Assembly (NCBI GenBank): GCA_050013835.1 | Contig: JBEKEM010000003.1 | Coordinates: 9,710 to 73,709, forward strand | Source of the DNA: Acidimicrobiales bacterium | GTDB taxonomy: Bacteria > Actinomycetota > Acidimicrobiia > Acidimicrobiales > Bog-793 | DNA: 64,000 nucleotides | Reading direction: 5' to 3' | Shown here: positions 45,879 to 55,808 of the stretch, one piece after another | Numbering within the stretch: the stretch's first letter is position 1 | How the letters are laid out: each line of letters begins with the position of its first letter | Translations under genes and position numbers: made by a program | The notes under the pieces: generated by a model | What the model was told of the DNA's origin: nothing | The model's database searches: none | The model's input: only the letters and a program-made list of their open reading frames with translations

Positions 45879-46817
45879 ATGCCCATGGCCATTGCTGACG
45901 ACATCACCCAGCTGATCGGGAACACGCCACTCGTGCGTTTGCGGCGGGTGAGCGAGGGGGCGGCGGCCGAGATCATCGCGAAGCTCGAGTTCTTCAACCC
46001 GGCCCACAGCGTCAAGGACCGGATCGCCGTGTCGATGATCGACGCCGCGGAGCAGGCGGGACTGATCTCGGCGGACACGACGATCGTCGAACCGACGAGC
46101 GGCAACACGGGGATCGCCCTTGCCATGGTGTGCGCGGCGCGCGGCTACCGCTGCATCTTCACGATGCCCGAGACGATGAGCAAGGAGCGCCGCCTGCTGC
46201 TGCTGGGCTACGGGGCCGAACTCGTGCTCACGCCGGGGCCCGAAGGAATGGCGGGTGCCATCGCCAAGGCGAAGGAAATCGCCAGCGGTGAAGGCAAGTT
46301 CTTCGTCCCCCAGCAGTTCGAGAACCCCGCCAACCCGGCCATCCACCGGACGACGACCGCCGAGGAGATCTGGGCCGACACCGAGGGACGCGTCGACATC
46401 TTCGTCGCCGGCGTCGGAACCGGGGGCACGATCACCGGTGTCGGCCAGGTGCTGAAGGAACGGAAGCCCTCCCTCCGTGTCGTTGCCGTCGAGCCGGCGG
46501 CATCCCCCGTGCTGTCCGGCGGAGCAAAGGGCCCCCACCCGATCCAGGGGATCGGGGCTGGATTCGTGCCGGCGGTCCTCGACGTGGACGTGATCGACGA
46601 GATCATCACCGTCGAGAATGACGACGCCTTCACGACCGCGCGCCGGATGGCGCACGAGGAAGGGCTGCTCGTGGGCATCTCCTCAGGAGCCGCGGTCTGG
46701 GCCGCCCTGGAGGTCGCGCACCGGGCGAAGAACGCCGGCAAGCTCATCGTCGTCGTCGTCCCCTCGTTCGGCGAGCGCTACCTGAGCACGAAGCTCTTCG
46801 AGGGACTCGGCGACTGA
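45879..46817 (+). CDS. cysK: cysteine synthase A (O-acetylserine sulfhydrylase)
   Basis: 'IGNTPLVRL', '[14 protein letters not shown]', '[12 protein letters not shown]', '[10 protein letters not shown]', 'GISSGAA'. Confidence 0.92.
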   Translation: MPMAIADDITQLIGNTPLVRLRRVSEGAAAEIIAKLEFFNPAHSVKDRIAVSMIDAAEQAGLISADTTIVEPTSGNTGIALAMVCAARGYRCIFTMPETMSKERRLLLLGYGAELVLTPGPEGMAGAIAKAKEIASGEGKFFVPQQFENPANPAIHRTTTAEEIWADTEGRVDIFVAGVGTGGTITGVGQVLKERKPSLRVVAVEPAASPVLSGGAKGPHPIQGIGAGFVPAVLDVDVIDEIITVENDDAFTTARRMAHEEGLLVGISSGAAVWAALEVAHRAKNAGKLIVVVVPSFGERYLSTKLFEGLGD

Positions 46818-46819
46818 CC

Positions 46820-47521
46820 GTGTTGACGGGCGTGCGACAAGACATCGCCTCGGTGCGGCAAAGGGATCCCGCCGCTCACTCGAAGCTCGAGATCGTGCTG
46901 TGCTACCCGGGGCTCCACGCCGTCTGGGGCCACCGACTGAGCCACTGGATGTGGGCCCACAGACTGAAACTGGCCGCCCGGGCGATCTCCGCCTTCGTCT
47001 GCACCTTGACGGGCGTCGACATCCATCCGGCAGCGACGGTCGGCCCGGGGCTGTTCATCGACCACGCCACCGGCGTCGTGATCGGCGAGACGGCCGAGAT
47101 CGGCGCCGACGTGACGATCTATCAGGGGGTCACGCTCGGCGGGACGAGTCTCGAGGCCGTCAAGCGTCACCCGACCGTCGAGGACCGCGTCACGATCGGC
47201 GCCGGGGCGAAGCTGCTCGGGGCGATCACCGTCGGCCACGACAGTCGCATCGGAGCGAACGCCGTCGTCGTGCACGACGTGCCGTCCAACTCCATCGTGG
47301 TCGGAGTGCCAGGACAGGTCATCGCCCGCAGCCGGCCCCACACGGCGGCCTCGCCGCCAGACTTGGACGAGACCCTGCTGCCCGACCTCATCGGTGTGAG
47401 CCTCGCGATGTTGCAGAAACGCGTCAACGAGCTCGAGAAAGTCGTGACCGGCCACGTCTCCGTCGCCCAGCTGCACCGCTCGGCGTCGGGGGTATGGTCC
47501 GGAGACGACTTCTCGATCTGA
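46820..47521 (+). CDS. cysE: serine O-acetyltransferase
   Basis: '[19 protein letters not shown]', hexapeptide repeats '[29 protein letters not shown]'. Confidence 0.9.
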   Translation: MLTGVRQDIASVRQRDPAAHSKLEIVLCYPGLHAVWGHRLSHWMWAHRLKLAARAISAFVCTLTGVDIHPAATVGPGLFIDHATGVVIGETAEIGADVTIYQGVTLGGTSLEAVKRHPTVEDRVTIGAGAKLLGAITVGHDSRIGANAVVVHDVPSNSIVVGVPGQVIARSRPHTAASPPDLDETLLPDLIGVSLAMLQKRVNELEKVVTGHVSVAQLHRSASGVWSGDDFSI

Positions 47522-47553
47522 GCATCAACAACAGCACCCTCAGGGAGGTCAGC

Positions 47554-47802
47554 TTGTCAGAGTCCGCAGCATCCGCCGCCGACAGGGTGCTCGACTGCGC
47601 TGGAATGTCGTGCCCGCTGCCGGTCCTTAAGACCGCGCAGGCGATCAAGGACCTCGCGCCCGGACAGGTTCTCGAGCTCCTCGCGACGGACCCGGGAGTC
47701 GAACCGGACATGCGGGCATGGACCAGGCGAACGGGCAACGAGCTATTGAGCGTCAGCAAGACAGATGAGGTCTTCCATGTGCTCATCCGCCGGGTGAAAT
47801 GA
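47554..47802 (+). CDS. tusA: TusA/SirA-family sulfurtransferase
   Basis: 'LDCAGMSCPLPVLK' (CPxP motif). TTG at 47554 lies 5 nt after GGGAGG. It is the C-terminal part of ORF 46900..47802. Confidence 0.8.
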   Translation: MSESAASAADRVLDCAGMSCPLPVLKTAQAIKDLAPGQVLELLATDPGVEPDMRAWTRRTGNELLSVSKTDEVFHVLIRRVK

Positions 47803-47811
47803 CCGGGACCG

Positions 47812-48198
47812 ATGACCTGGACTAAAGAGTCGCCCACCAAGATCCTCTACGTGCACACGCACGGGATCGATGACCCCGGGCGCTGCGCGACGCCGTTCTT
47901 CCTCGCGTCGGCCGCGGCGGCGATGGAGTTCGAGGTCATGATCTACTTCACGATGTTCGGGCCGACCCTTTTGCGCCGGGACGTCATCGACAAGATCGGC
48001 CCCAAGGGCGATCGGGGCCAGCCCCTGCGGCACTTCATCGAACAGGCCACCGGTCTCGGTGTCCGCCTGCTCGTCTGCCAGCCGTCACTCGACCTCAACG
48101 ACCTGAGTCTGGATGACCTGATCGACGGGGTCGAGGTGATCGGCGCGGCGACCTTCAACGACCTCGCAGCCGCCGCCGACGCCGTGGTCAGCTTCTAG
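47812..48198 (+). CDS. dsrE: DsrE/DsrF-like sulfur-relay family protein
   Basis: A 128-aa protein, 'KILYVHTHGIDDPGRCATPFFLA...RLLVCQPS'. This matches the size and Cys placement of the DsrE family. Confidence 0.7.
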   Translation: MTWTKESPTKILYVHTHGIDDPGRCATPFFLASAAAAMEFEVMIYFTMFGPTLLRRDVIDKIGPKGDRGQPLRHFIEQATGLGVRLLVCQPSLDLNDLSLDDLIDGVEVIGAATFNDLAAAADAVVSF

Positions 48199-48210
48199 TC
48201 GGCGGCGAAC

Positions 48211-48939
48211 ATGACCACCGTGCCTCGCCAGGAAATCGACGCCCACTACAAGACCTGGAACGTCGCCGGCCACGCGGACGTGCCTCACGAGGTCAAGGTG
48301 CGCCTGTTCGAGCAGGTGAAAGGTGACTTCCGGTTCGGCGACTACCTGCACGGCTGCTATGAGTGCGGCATCTGCGTCGGCGCCTGCCCGTCCGCCAAGT
48401 TCTACGACTTCAGTCCGCGCAGAATCGCGCAGGCGGCTGCGCGCGAGGACGTGGACCTCGTTTACCAGCAGATGCAGGAGGACATCTGGGAGTGCTCGCA
48501 GTGCTTCTCCTGCGTGCGTTGCCCGCGCGGCAACAACCCGGGCGGGATCATCACGATCATGCGGGAGGTGGCGGTGAAAAATGGCCTCGCCTCCGCCAAG
48601 GAAGCCCTTGTCGGCTACTCCCGGATCATCTACAAGATCATGTCCACCGGGACTCAGGTCTCGCCGGACATGCTCGGAAGGGACTCCTTCCCCGACTGGG
48701 GACCGGAGACCGCCGACGTGGCGGACAACCTCGACCTGTGGCGTCGCGCGCTGCCCCCCGAGACCATGCACACCACCTCAACCGGCTGGTCCGTCGCCGA
48801 GAGCACCCTTGTCGAGCTCTACCTCATCTGGATGGAGACCGGAGTTCTCGACATGATCGCCGAGGTCGACCCGGGCCTGCACACGATCCTGCTGGAGCTG
48901 ATGGAGGAACGCCTCGAGGAAGAGGGGATCGAGCCGTGA
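48211..48939 (+). CDS. shdrC1: sulfur-oxidising heterodisulfide reductase-like subunit C1 (2x[4Fe-4S])
   Basis: 'CYECGICVGACP' and 'CSQCFSCVRCP'. Confidence 0.8.
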   Translation: MTTVPRQEIDAHYKTWNVAGHADVPHEVKVRLFEQVKGDFRFGDYLHGCYECGICVGACPSAKFYDFSPRRIAQAAAREDVDLVYQQMQEDIWECSQCFSCVRCPRGNNPGGIITIMREVAVKNGLASAKEALVGYSRIIYKIMSTGTQVSPDMLGRDSFPDWGPETADVADNLDLWRRALPPETMHTTSTGWSVAESTLVELYLIWMETGVLDMIAEVDPGLHTILLELMEERLEEEGIEP

Positions 48940-50180
48940 CGATCCCCTTTGAGGCCCTGCGTCGCACGAGAGCCGCCGATGAACCCGTCACCGACCGGCG
49001 CGCCCTCGACGATCCCCGTGCCGAGCTCCTCGAACTGGAGCGCCGGGGTGAGCTGATCGTGCAGAAGATCGACCGGGAGGCCGTCTCGGTGTCGACGAAG
49101 TACGGACGCGTCAAGCGGATCCAAAAGTCGCACCTGTGGCATCACAAGTCCTGCGGCCAGTGCGGCCACATCCCGGGCTACTCCACCTCGATCTTCTGGG
49201 TGATGCGCAAGCTCGGCTACGACTACCACGACCCGCACGACCAGACCTCGTGCACTGCCTGGAACTACTACGCCAGCGCGACCTCCAACTCGGCGGCTCA
49301 GGCCGCGGTCGCCGTCCGCAACTTCGCGGCCGCCTACGAGACCGGATACTTCCCGCTCATCCACTGCGGCACCTCGTACGGCCACTACAAGGACGTGCGC
49401 GAGGAGCTCATCCGCTACCCCGAGCTCAGAGCCCAGGTCCGCGCCGTCATGGCAAGACTGGGCAAGCCGCTCGTGCTACCAGAGGAGATCGTCCACTACT
49501 CCGAGTGGCTGCACGCCCTGCGCGGCGAGATCGCCGCGCAGCGGGTGCGCGACGTGTCGCAGATCGCGGTCTCCGTCCACCCGGCGTGCCACTACCACAA
49601 GATCGTCCCGGGCGACGCGATCTACGACCCGGACATCTACGGCGGTCAGCGCACCGCCGTGGTGACCGGCCTCGCCGAGGCGCTCGGAGCCACGGTGCGC
49701 GACTACTCGACCTGGTTCGACTGCTGCGGGTTCGGCTTCCGGCACATCCTGGTCCAGCGTGACTTCAGCCGGTCCTTCGCCACACTCCGCAAGATCGAGG
49801 TCATGAAAGAGGAGGCCGACCCCGACGTCGTGCTGACCCACGACACCGGGTGCGTCACCACCCTCGACAAGAGCCAGTTCGCCGCCAGGGCCCACGGACG
49901 CAACGTCGGGCTGCCGGTGCTCAGCGACGCGCAGTTCGCGGCGCTGGCGTTGGGTGCGCACCCCTACCGGGTCTGCCAGCTGCACTGGCACTCCGCTGAC
50001 TACCGACCGCTCCTCGAGAAGATGGGCATCGACTGGGAGAAGGCGTGGGCCGAGTTCCAGAGTGATCTGCGCCGCCTCGAGTCGGGCGAGAAGCGCTATC
50101 TCGACTGGGATGACGCCGACGGCGTCAACGACAGCAACCGGCTCGAGAACTCTCCCGACAGGGACACACAGAACAGTTGA
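48936..50180 (+). CDS. shdrB1: heterodisulfide reductase-like subunit B1 (CCG domains)
   Basis: 'HKSCGQCGH...SCTAWNY' and 'HPACHYH...FDCCGFGFRH...HDTGCV'. GTG at 48936 overlaps the C1 stop. Confidence 0.8.
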   Translation: MTIPFEALRRTRAADEPVTDRRALDDPRAELLELERRGELIVQKIDREAVSVSTKYGRVKRIQKSHLWHHKSCGQCGHIPGYSTSIFWVMRKLGYDYHDPHDQTSCTAWNYYASATSNSAAQAAVAVRNFAAAYETGYFPLIHCGTSYGHYKDVREELIRYPELRAQVRAVMARLGKPLVLPEEIVHYSEWLHALRGEIAAQRVRDVSQIAVSVHPACHYHKIVPGDAIYDPDIYGGQRTAVVTGLAEALGATVRDYSTWFDCCGFGFRHILVQRDFSRSFATLRKIEVMKEEADPDVVLTHDTGCVTTLDKSQFAARAHGRNVGLPVLSDAQFAALALGAHPYRVCQLHWHSADYRPLLEKMGIDWEKAWAEFQSDLRRLESGEKRYLDWDDADGVNDSNRLENSPDRDTQNS

Positions 50181-50188
50181 GGTGACAA

Positions 50189-51259
50189 ATGTCGTCGACC
50201 ACGATCGCCGTCATCGGAGGAGGACCCGGAGGGCTGCGCGCCGCGCAGGGAATCGCCGACCTCGGCCAAGGGGTCGTGCTGGTCGAGAAGCTCGATCACC
50301 TCGGGGGCTCCCCGATCACCCAGAGGTACTACAGGCTGACCCCGCGCGGTGAGCTCGCGCAACCGCAGATGCAGCGGCTGATCGACCTCGTCACCGCCAA
50401 TCCGCTCACCGATGTCCGCTGCCAGACCGAACTCGTCGGCATGACGGGAGAGCCGGGGGCGTTTGCCATCACGCTGCGCGACGCACCGACCGGAAGCACC
50501 GAGACGGTCGAGTGCGGCGCACTCATCGTCGCCACCGGGTTCAGCCACTTCGACCCGGGTCGAGCCACCCAGATGTACGGGTACTTCGAGTTCCCCGACG
50601 TCATCACCCAGCCCGACCTCGAGGCCATGCTGTCCGATCACCGGGTGCTGCGCCCCTCCAACGGCCAGCCGCCAGAGCGGATCTGCTTCGTCCAGTGTGT
50701 CGGCAGCCGCGACCGGCAGATCGGCAACGAGTACTGCTCGAAGGTCTGTTGCGGAGTGGCGTCCAAGGAGGCGACCGAGATCCGGCAGCTTCTTCCGGAC
50801 TCGAAGGTGCTCATCTTCTACATCGACATGCGGACGTACGGCTACTGGGAGAACGAGATCTACTGGCCCGCGCAAGAACAGCACCACGTCCAGTACGTCA
50901 AGGGGCTGATCACCGAGGTCCTGCCAAAGGGTGACCGCCTGCTGGTGCGCGGCGAGGACACGACGATGGGTCGGCCGATGGAGGTGCTCATGGACCTCGT
51001 CGTGCTGTCGGTCGGCATGGAACCGTCACCGGGAACCCGCGAGCTCGCCAGGCTGCTCGGGGTGCGACAGAACAAGTTCGGCTTCATCGACGCCGTGGGT
51101 GCGCCACTCGATCCCGTCACGACCGACCGGGAAGGGGTCTTCGCCTGCGGTGCGGCGCTCGGCCCCGCCGATCTCGAGGACACCGTCTCCTCGGCGGCGG
51201 CGGCGGCCATGAGGGCCGTCGGCTTCCTGCGGTCCCGCGCCGTCGCCAAGGCAAACTGA
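50189..51259 (+). CDS. shdrA: heterodisulfide reductase-like subunit A (FAD, [4Fe-4S])
   Basis: 'IAVIGGGPGGLRAA', 'CFVQCVGSRD...EYCSKVCCG'. Confidence 0.85.
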   Translation: MSSTTIAVIGGGPGGLRAAQGIADLGQGVVLVEKLDHLGGSPITQRYYRLTPRGELAQPQMQRLIDLVTANPLTDVRCQTELVGMTGEPGAFAITLRDAPTGSTETVECGALIVATGFSHFDPGRATQMYGYFEFPDVITQPDLEAMLSDHRVLRPSNGQPPERICFVQCVGSRDRQIGNEYCSKVCCGVASKEATEIRQLLPDSKVLIFYIDMRTYGYWENEIYWPAQEQHHVQYVKGLITEVLPKGDRLLVRGEDTTMGRPMEVLMDLVVLSVGMEPSPGTRELARLLGVRQNKFGFIDAVGAPLDPVTTDREGVFACGAALGPADLEDTVSSAAAAAMRAVGFLRSRAVAKAN

Positions 51260-51260
51260 G

Positions 51261-52025
51261 GTGACGGTTCCCGCGATGGTCGGTCCCGTCGTCGACACGC
51301 TGAGCGCCCAGGAGTTCCAGCGCGAGATCCTGGAGCGGATCAGCGACACAGAGCTGCAGGTCATCGCCCGGGACGTCGAGCGCAAGTCGGCGGCACTGCG
51401 GGAGCTGTGCTCGGGAACCTCGCGCCCGTCGGACCGCGCCACGCTGCGCCAGGAGCTGCGCTGGGTGTTCGCGACCCGGCGGCGCGCCGACAGGATCCTC
51501 GACCTGGCCGGACCGGAGGCCCTCGCCGCGGCCATCGGTGGGCTGCTCGGCGACAGCGATCCGGTGCAGGACAGGCTGGACCGCTTCGTGGCCACATGGG
51601 AGAACCTCGTACCGGAGCCCGCGCCGGGGAGCTGCGGCTTCGAGCTGGCGGCCGAACTGCTGCACTTCATGTCGCCCGACCGGTACTGGTTGTGGACGAG
51701 GTGGATCTGGGATCCGGACACCCGGACCGGTGCACTGGCTCTCGTCACGACCGATGACGTCGACCTCGGCGAGGGGGACACAACAGGGGCGATGTACCTC
51801 ACGGTCGGGCGGGCGACCGCCTTCCTCGAGGAGACCGGCAAGGCGGCGGGTCTCACGACGGCGGGTCCCGGTCTTTTCGGCGTTGACGTCCTACTCGCCT
51901 CCGTCTACGCGGTGTACATGTACACGGTCCTGCGGCTGCGGATGAGCCGAGAGTTCAACCGGGTGATCCCGCCACTGCCCGATCTCGTGCGCCGCCTGCT
52001 CGGCGTCGACGACCGGGAGTCGTAG
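51261..52025 (+). CDS. conserved hypothetical protein in the sHdrH position
   Basis: A 254-aa protein with no cofactor motif. It occupies the position of the 'hyp'/sHdrH gene between hdrA and the next hdrC/B-like gene. Confidence 0.6.
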   Translation: MTVPAMVGPVVDTLSAQEFQREILERISDTELQVIARDVERKSAALRELCSGTSRPSDRATLRQELRWVFATRRRADRILDLAGPEALAAAIGGLLGDSDPVQDRLDRFVATWENLVPEPAPGSCGFELAAELLHFMSPDRYWLWTRWIWDPDTRTGALALVTTDDVDLGEGDTTGAMYLTVGRATAFLEETGKAAGLTTAGPGLFGVDVLLASVYAVYMYTVLRLRMSREFNRVIPPLPDLVRRLLGVDDRES

Positions 52026-52029
52026 AACC

Positions 52030-53337
52030 GTGCCGGTCGGAGGACGCAAGGTCCCGCCCGTTGTCGTCGAGAAGGAGACGGCCACCGTCGCCTCCACCAT
52101 CTCGGGACGCGAGGTCGAGCTCGGGGCGACGTGGAACCGGATGTTCGAGCCACGGGTCCTCACGAACTACGGCCCCGACGGCTTCGTCCCGATCTCGGCG
52201 CTGCCCGGTGGAGAGTCCCTCGAGTGGTGCTTCGGCTGCGGCAAGTGCATCCCGGCCTGCCCCGTCGACATGGTGGGCGACTACGGCCCGCGCAAGCTCC
52301 ATCGCAAGGTCCAGACGGGCACCGATTTGTTCACCGATTCCGACCTGTGGCTCTGCACCGCCTGCGGGAACTGCCTGCGAGTCTGCCCGAAGCGGGTCGA
52401 CATGCTCACGGTCATGCCGGCTGTACGCGAGGTCGCGCTGGCCGCCGGCGCGGTGCCGGCCGAGTTGCAGGACGTCTTCGAGAAGACCTTCCGGCAAGGC
52501 AACGCCCTCGGCCAGAGCCAACGGCGGCGGGCGCAGTGGGCGGACGCCGCCGGGGTCCCGGTCCGGATCCTCGCCAAGGACCCGGCGCCCGTCGACGTCC
52601 TTTTCTACGTGGAGGACTACTGGAGCTTCCACCCCCGCGGCCAGGAGGCGGCGCGCGCCTTCGCGAGAGTCGCGACCGCACTCGGCGTCGATTGGGCGAT
52701 CCTCGGCCCGGAAGAGAAGACGCTCGGCGACTCGCAGCGCCTCGCCGGCGAAAAGGGCCTTTTCGAGGCGCTGGTCGAGGACGCCGCGGCGACGCTGGCG
52801 AACTACGAGTTCAACCGGATCGTGACACCCGACCCACACGCCTTCAACGCGCTCGTCAAGGAGTACCCCGGGCGCGGGCACCGCTACGAGGCGCTCCATT
52901 ACACGCAGCTGCTCGCGCCGCTCGTCGGCCAGATCCGGTGGGAGCGGGAGCTCGATCTCAAGGTGACGTTCCACGACCCGTGCTACCTGGGGAGGCAGAA
53001 CGGCGAGTACGACGCCCCCCGGACGCTTATCGAGGCCATCCCCGGCGTGCAGCTGGTCGAGATGGACCGCTGCCGCCAGAACGGCTACTGCTGCGGTGGC
53101 GGGGGCGGCGGCATGTGGCTCGACGGCTTCACGGGCGACCACACGAGCGAACGGCTGTCCGAGCGCCGGGTCCGCGAGGCGGCCCAGACCGGGGCCGACG
53201 TGCTGGCGGTTTGCTGCCCCTACGAGGTGTCCCGGTTCTCCGACGCCGCCAAGGCGACCGGTCACGACGAGCTCCGGGTCTGCGACGTCATCGAGCTGGT
53301 CGACGAGGCGATGCGGGGCGCAACGGACCATGGCTGA
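52030..53337 (+). CDS. shdrB3: fused HdrC/HdrB-like Fe-S protein (sHdrB3 type)
   Basis: 'CFGCGKCIPACP' and 'CTACGNCLRVCP' come first. One Cys-free CCG-like half follows. The last part is one intact CCG domain, 'HDPCYLGR...YCCGGGGG...AVCCPYE'. Confidence 0.8.
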   Translation: MPVGGRKVPPVVVEKETATVASTISGREVELGATWNRMFEPRVLTNYGPDGFVPISALPGGESLEWCFGCGKCIPACPVDMVGDYGPRKLHRKVQTGTDLFTDSDLWLCTACGNCLRVCPKRVDMLTVMPAVREVALAAGAVPAELQDVFEKTFRQGNALGQSQRRRAQWADAAGVPVRILAKDPAPVDVLFYVEDYWSFHPRGQEAARAFARVATALGVDWAILGPEEKTLGDSQRLAGEKGLFEALVEDAAATLANYEFNRIVTPDPHAFNALVKEYPGRGHRYEALHYTQLLAPLVGQIRWERELDLKVTFHDPCYLGRQNGEYDAPRTLIEAIPGVQLVEMDRCRQNGYCCGGGGGGMWLDGFTGDHTSERLSERRVREAAQTGADVLAVCCPYEVSRFSDAAKATGHDELRVCDVIELVDEAMRGATDHG

Positions 53338-54358
53338 GCCGCTGCGCGTCATCGACTTCGGATCCCGCCCGCCGTTGCGCTCGCAGACGCTGTGGCACGC
53401 CGTCGGTTACGGGGTGTCGGCCGGCGCGCCGGCGACGCTCTCCTTCGTCCGCCCGGCCGTCCCGTACGTCTGTATCGGTTTTCACCGCCCCCTCGACGAG
53501 GTGGACCCCGACTTCTGCCGGGCGGAGGGCCTGCCGGTCCTGCGGCGGATGGTCGGCGGCGGTCCGGTGTACCTGGACTCAGGCCAGCTGCTCTTCCAGA
53601 TTTGCCTGCCCGCCGCCTCGGTGCCGGCGGTCCGGCCCAAGGCCCTGCGCCAGCTGCTCGAACCCGCTGTAGCGGCCTTCCGCGCCGTCGGGGTGCGGGC
53701 CGTGCTCGACGAGGACTCGGAGATCTGCCTCGGCGACGCCAAGATCTGCGGACACGGGGCCGGGCAGATCGGTGACGCCGTCGTCGTCTGCGGCAACCTG
53801 ATCGAGCGCTTCGACCACGCGCGGGCGACGCGGGTGCTCGCGATGACCGATCCGGCCCAGCGGGATCAGACGCTCGCCCTCATGCGCCGCTTCGTGGCCG
53901 CGACCCCGGTCGATCCCGTCAGCTTCCGGGCCGCCATGGTCGCCGCCTACGCCGCCAGGCTCGGGCTCACCGCCCGGCTGGGGGAACTGGACGACGTCGA
54001 GCACGCCGCGCTCACCTCGCTCGACGAGCAATTCGTCAGCAACAACTGGCTGGCCGGACCGGGCCGGCCGGGCCCGCAAGCCGGTCCCGGACCGGTCGCG
54101 CGCCAGGTCAAGGTGCGCGCCAGGATCTGGACGCTTAGCGCGACCCACGAAGGTGCGCAGGTCGCGGCCACCGTGGTTCGAGGAACGGTCCTCGCGGCAC
54201 GACTGCACGACCCCGGACTCAACGGTCTGGCCGTAAGAGCGGAACAGGCCCTCGTCGGGATCCCGCTGCGGTCGGTCGGCGACGTGCTGGCGGGCTTCGG
54301 CGACCCCGGACGAAGGCTGGCGGCCGCCTTCGCCACAGCCGAGCCTGAAAGGTCGTGA
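53330..54358 (+). CDS. lipoate--protein ligase family protein (copy 1)
   Basis: BPL/LplA/LipB-type fold: 'VCIGFHRPLDEV...GLPVLRRMVGGGPVYLD', candidate Lys in 'GDAKICGHGAGQ'. ATG at 53330 inside ORF 53096..54358. Confidence 0.7.
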   Translation: MAEPLRVIDFGSRPPLRSQTLWHAVGYGVSAGAPATLSFVRPAVPYVCIGFHRPLDEVDPDFCRAEGLPVLRRMVGGGPVYLDSGQLLFQICLPAASVPAVRPKALRQLLEPAVAAFRAVGVRAVLDEDSEICLGDAKICGHGAGQIGDAVVVCGNLIERFDHARATRVLAMTDPAQRDQTLALMRRFVAATPVDPVSFRAAMVAAYAARLGLTARLGELDDVEHAALTSLDEQFVSNNWLAGPGRPGPQAGPGPVARQVKVRARIWTLSATHEGAQVAATVVRGTVLAARLHDPGLNGLAVRAEQALVGIPLRSVGDVLAGFGDPGRRLAAAFATAEPERS

Positions 54359-54822
54359 TGGAACCGACGGCGCGCCTTGTCGTGGCCGGCTTCCCGCTCG
54401 CGCTCGACCGCCTCTACCAAGCCGAGACGCACATGTGGGTGCTCCCGACGGGACCCGGCCGGGTGAGAATCGGGATGGACCCGGTCGGCCTCGAGACGAG
54501 CGGCAGCCTCGCCGAGCTGTCCCTTGACCCGGTCGGGACCGAGCTCCACGCGGGCCGGCCGTTCGGCCAGCTCGAAGCGGCCAAGTTCGTTGGCCCGCTC
54601 CTCAGCCCGGTTTCCGGCGCCGTCGTGGAGACGAACGAAGAGGTCGTCGCCGACGCGAGCCTCGCCGTGCGGGACCCGTACGGGGCCGGCTGGCTGATCG
54701 GGGCCAGCCTGGGCGACGCCGATGCCGAACTGTCGGGGCTGCTCGCCGACCCGACCGAGATCACCACCTGGTTCGCCGCCAGGATCGCCCGTTACCGGCA
54801 CGAGGGCGTGATCGCGCAGTGA
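54355..54822 (+). CDS. lbpA: GcvH-like lipoate-binding protein (LbpA)
   Basis: 'FGQLEAAKFVGPLLSPVSGAVVETN...DPYGAGW' follows the H-protein lipoyl-lysine pattern. Confidence 0.75.
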   Translation: MMEPTARLVVAGFPLALDRLYQAETHMWVLPTGPGRVRIGMDPVGLETSGSLAELSLDPVGTELHAGRPFGQLEAAKFVGPLLSPVSGAVVETNEEVVADASLAVRDPYGAGWLIGASLGDADAELSGLLADPTEITTWFAARIARYRHEGVIAQ

Positions 54823-55808
54823 CCGGCGCGCCGACGGTCCCGACCCCCGCCGGGGTGCGACGGGCGAACTTCCCCAACGTGATGGACTTCTACGCGCCCG
54901 GACTCAGACGCTGGCAGACCTCCGAATGGGTCCCGGCCAGTCCCCGCCGGTTCCTTGCCGTGTCGGTGACCGGCTCGGCCTGCGCGCTGCGCTGCGACCA
55001 CTGCCACACGAAGTTGCTCGACGGCATGACGTCGCCCGGCGCGGGCGAGGACCTGTACACGCTGGCGGCACGACTTCACGAGGAGGGCTGCGAGGGCCTG
55101 CTCGTGTCCGGCGGCTCCACCCGCCGCGGCGCCGTCCCGTTGCTGGCGCATCTCGGGCACATCCGACGGATCCGCGAGCAGCTCGGGATGAGGGTCGTCG
55201 TGCACTCGGGCCTCGCCTCCCCCGAGCTCGCGGCCGGGCTCGCGGCCTCCGGCGTCGACGGGGTGATGATCGACGTCATCGGGTCCGACGAGACGCTGCG
55301 CGACGTCTACCACCTCGACTTGACGGTCGAGGACGTGGACCGCACTCTGGGGCTGCTTACCGACAATGGGTTGCGGGTCATCCCGCACATCGTGCTCGGC
55401 TTGCACTTCGGACGTTTTCTCGGCGAGTACCGGGCGCTCGAGATGGTCACCGGTTACCCGGTGTCGACCCTCGTTCTCGTGGTGCTCGTGCCGCTCGCCG
55501 GCACGCCGATGGCGCACGTGGCCCCGCCCCCGCTCGACCGGGTGGCCGGGTTCTTCGCCGCCGCCCGGCTGGCCGCGCCGGATACGACGATCAATCTCGG
55601 CTGCGCCCGTCCGCTCGGCCCCGCCAAGCGCGCGCTTGACGACGCCGCGATCGATCTCGGCCTGAACGGCATCGCCTACCCGGCCGAGGGCGCCATCGAG
55701 TACGCGAGATCGCGCGGCCTCACTGTGCGGCTCGTCGAGTCCTGCTGCTCGCTCACCTGGAGCGGGGTGGACGATCGCGTCCCCGCCACCGTGTCGGTGG
55801 CAAGGTGA
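54819..55808 (+). CDS. radical SAM protein (LipS-type lipoyl synthase candidate)
   Basis: 'GSACALRCDHCHT' contains a CX3CX2C motif. It sits between lbpA and the second ligase. Confidence 0.7.
   Translation: MTGAPTVPTPAGVRRANFPNVMDFYAPGLRRWQTSEWVPASPRRFLAVSVTGSACALRCDHCHTKLLDGMTSPGAGEDLYTLAARLHEEGCEGLLVSGGSTRRGAVPLLAHLGHIRRIREQLGMRVVVHSGLASPELAAGLAASGVDGVMIDVIGSDETLRDVYHLDLTVEDVDRTLGLLTDNGLRVIPHIVLGLHFGRFLGEYRALEMVTGYPVSTLVLVVLVPLAGTPMAHVAPPPLDRVAGFFAAARLAAPDTTINLGCARPLGPAKRALDDAAIDLGLNGIAYPAEGAIEYARSRGLTVRLVESCCSLTWSGVDDRVPATVSVAR

Noticed and set aside
45136-46126. ORFs 45136..45840 (+), 45387..45686 (+) and 45509..46126 (-) in the fhs-cysK spacer
   Set aside because: All have low-complexity basic sequences, overlap fhs or cysK, and lack motifs or RBS.
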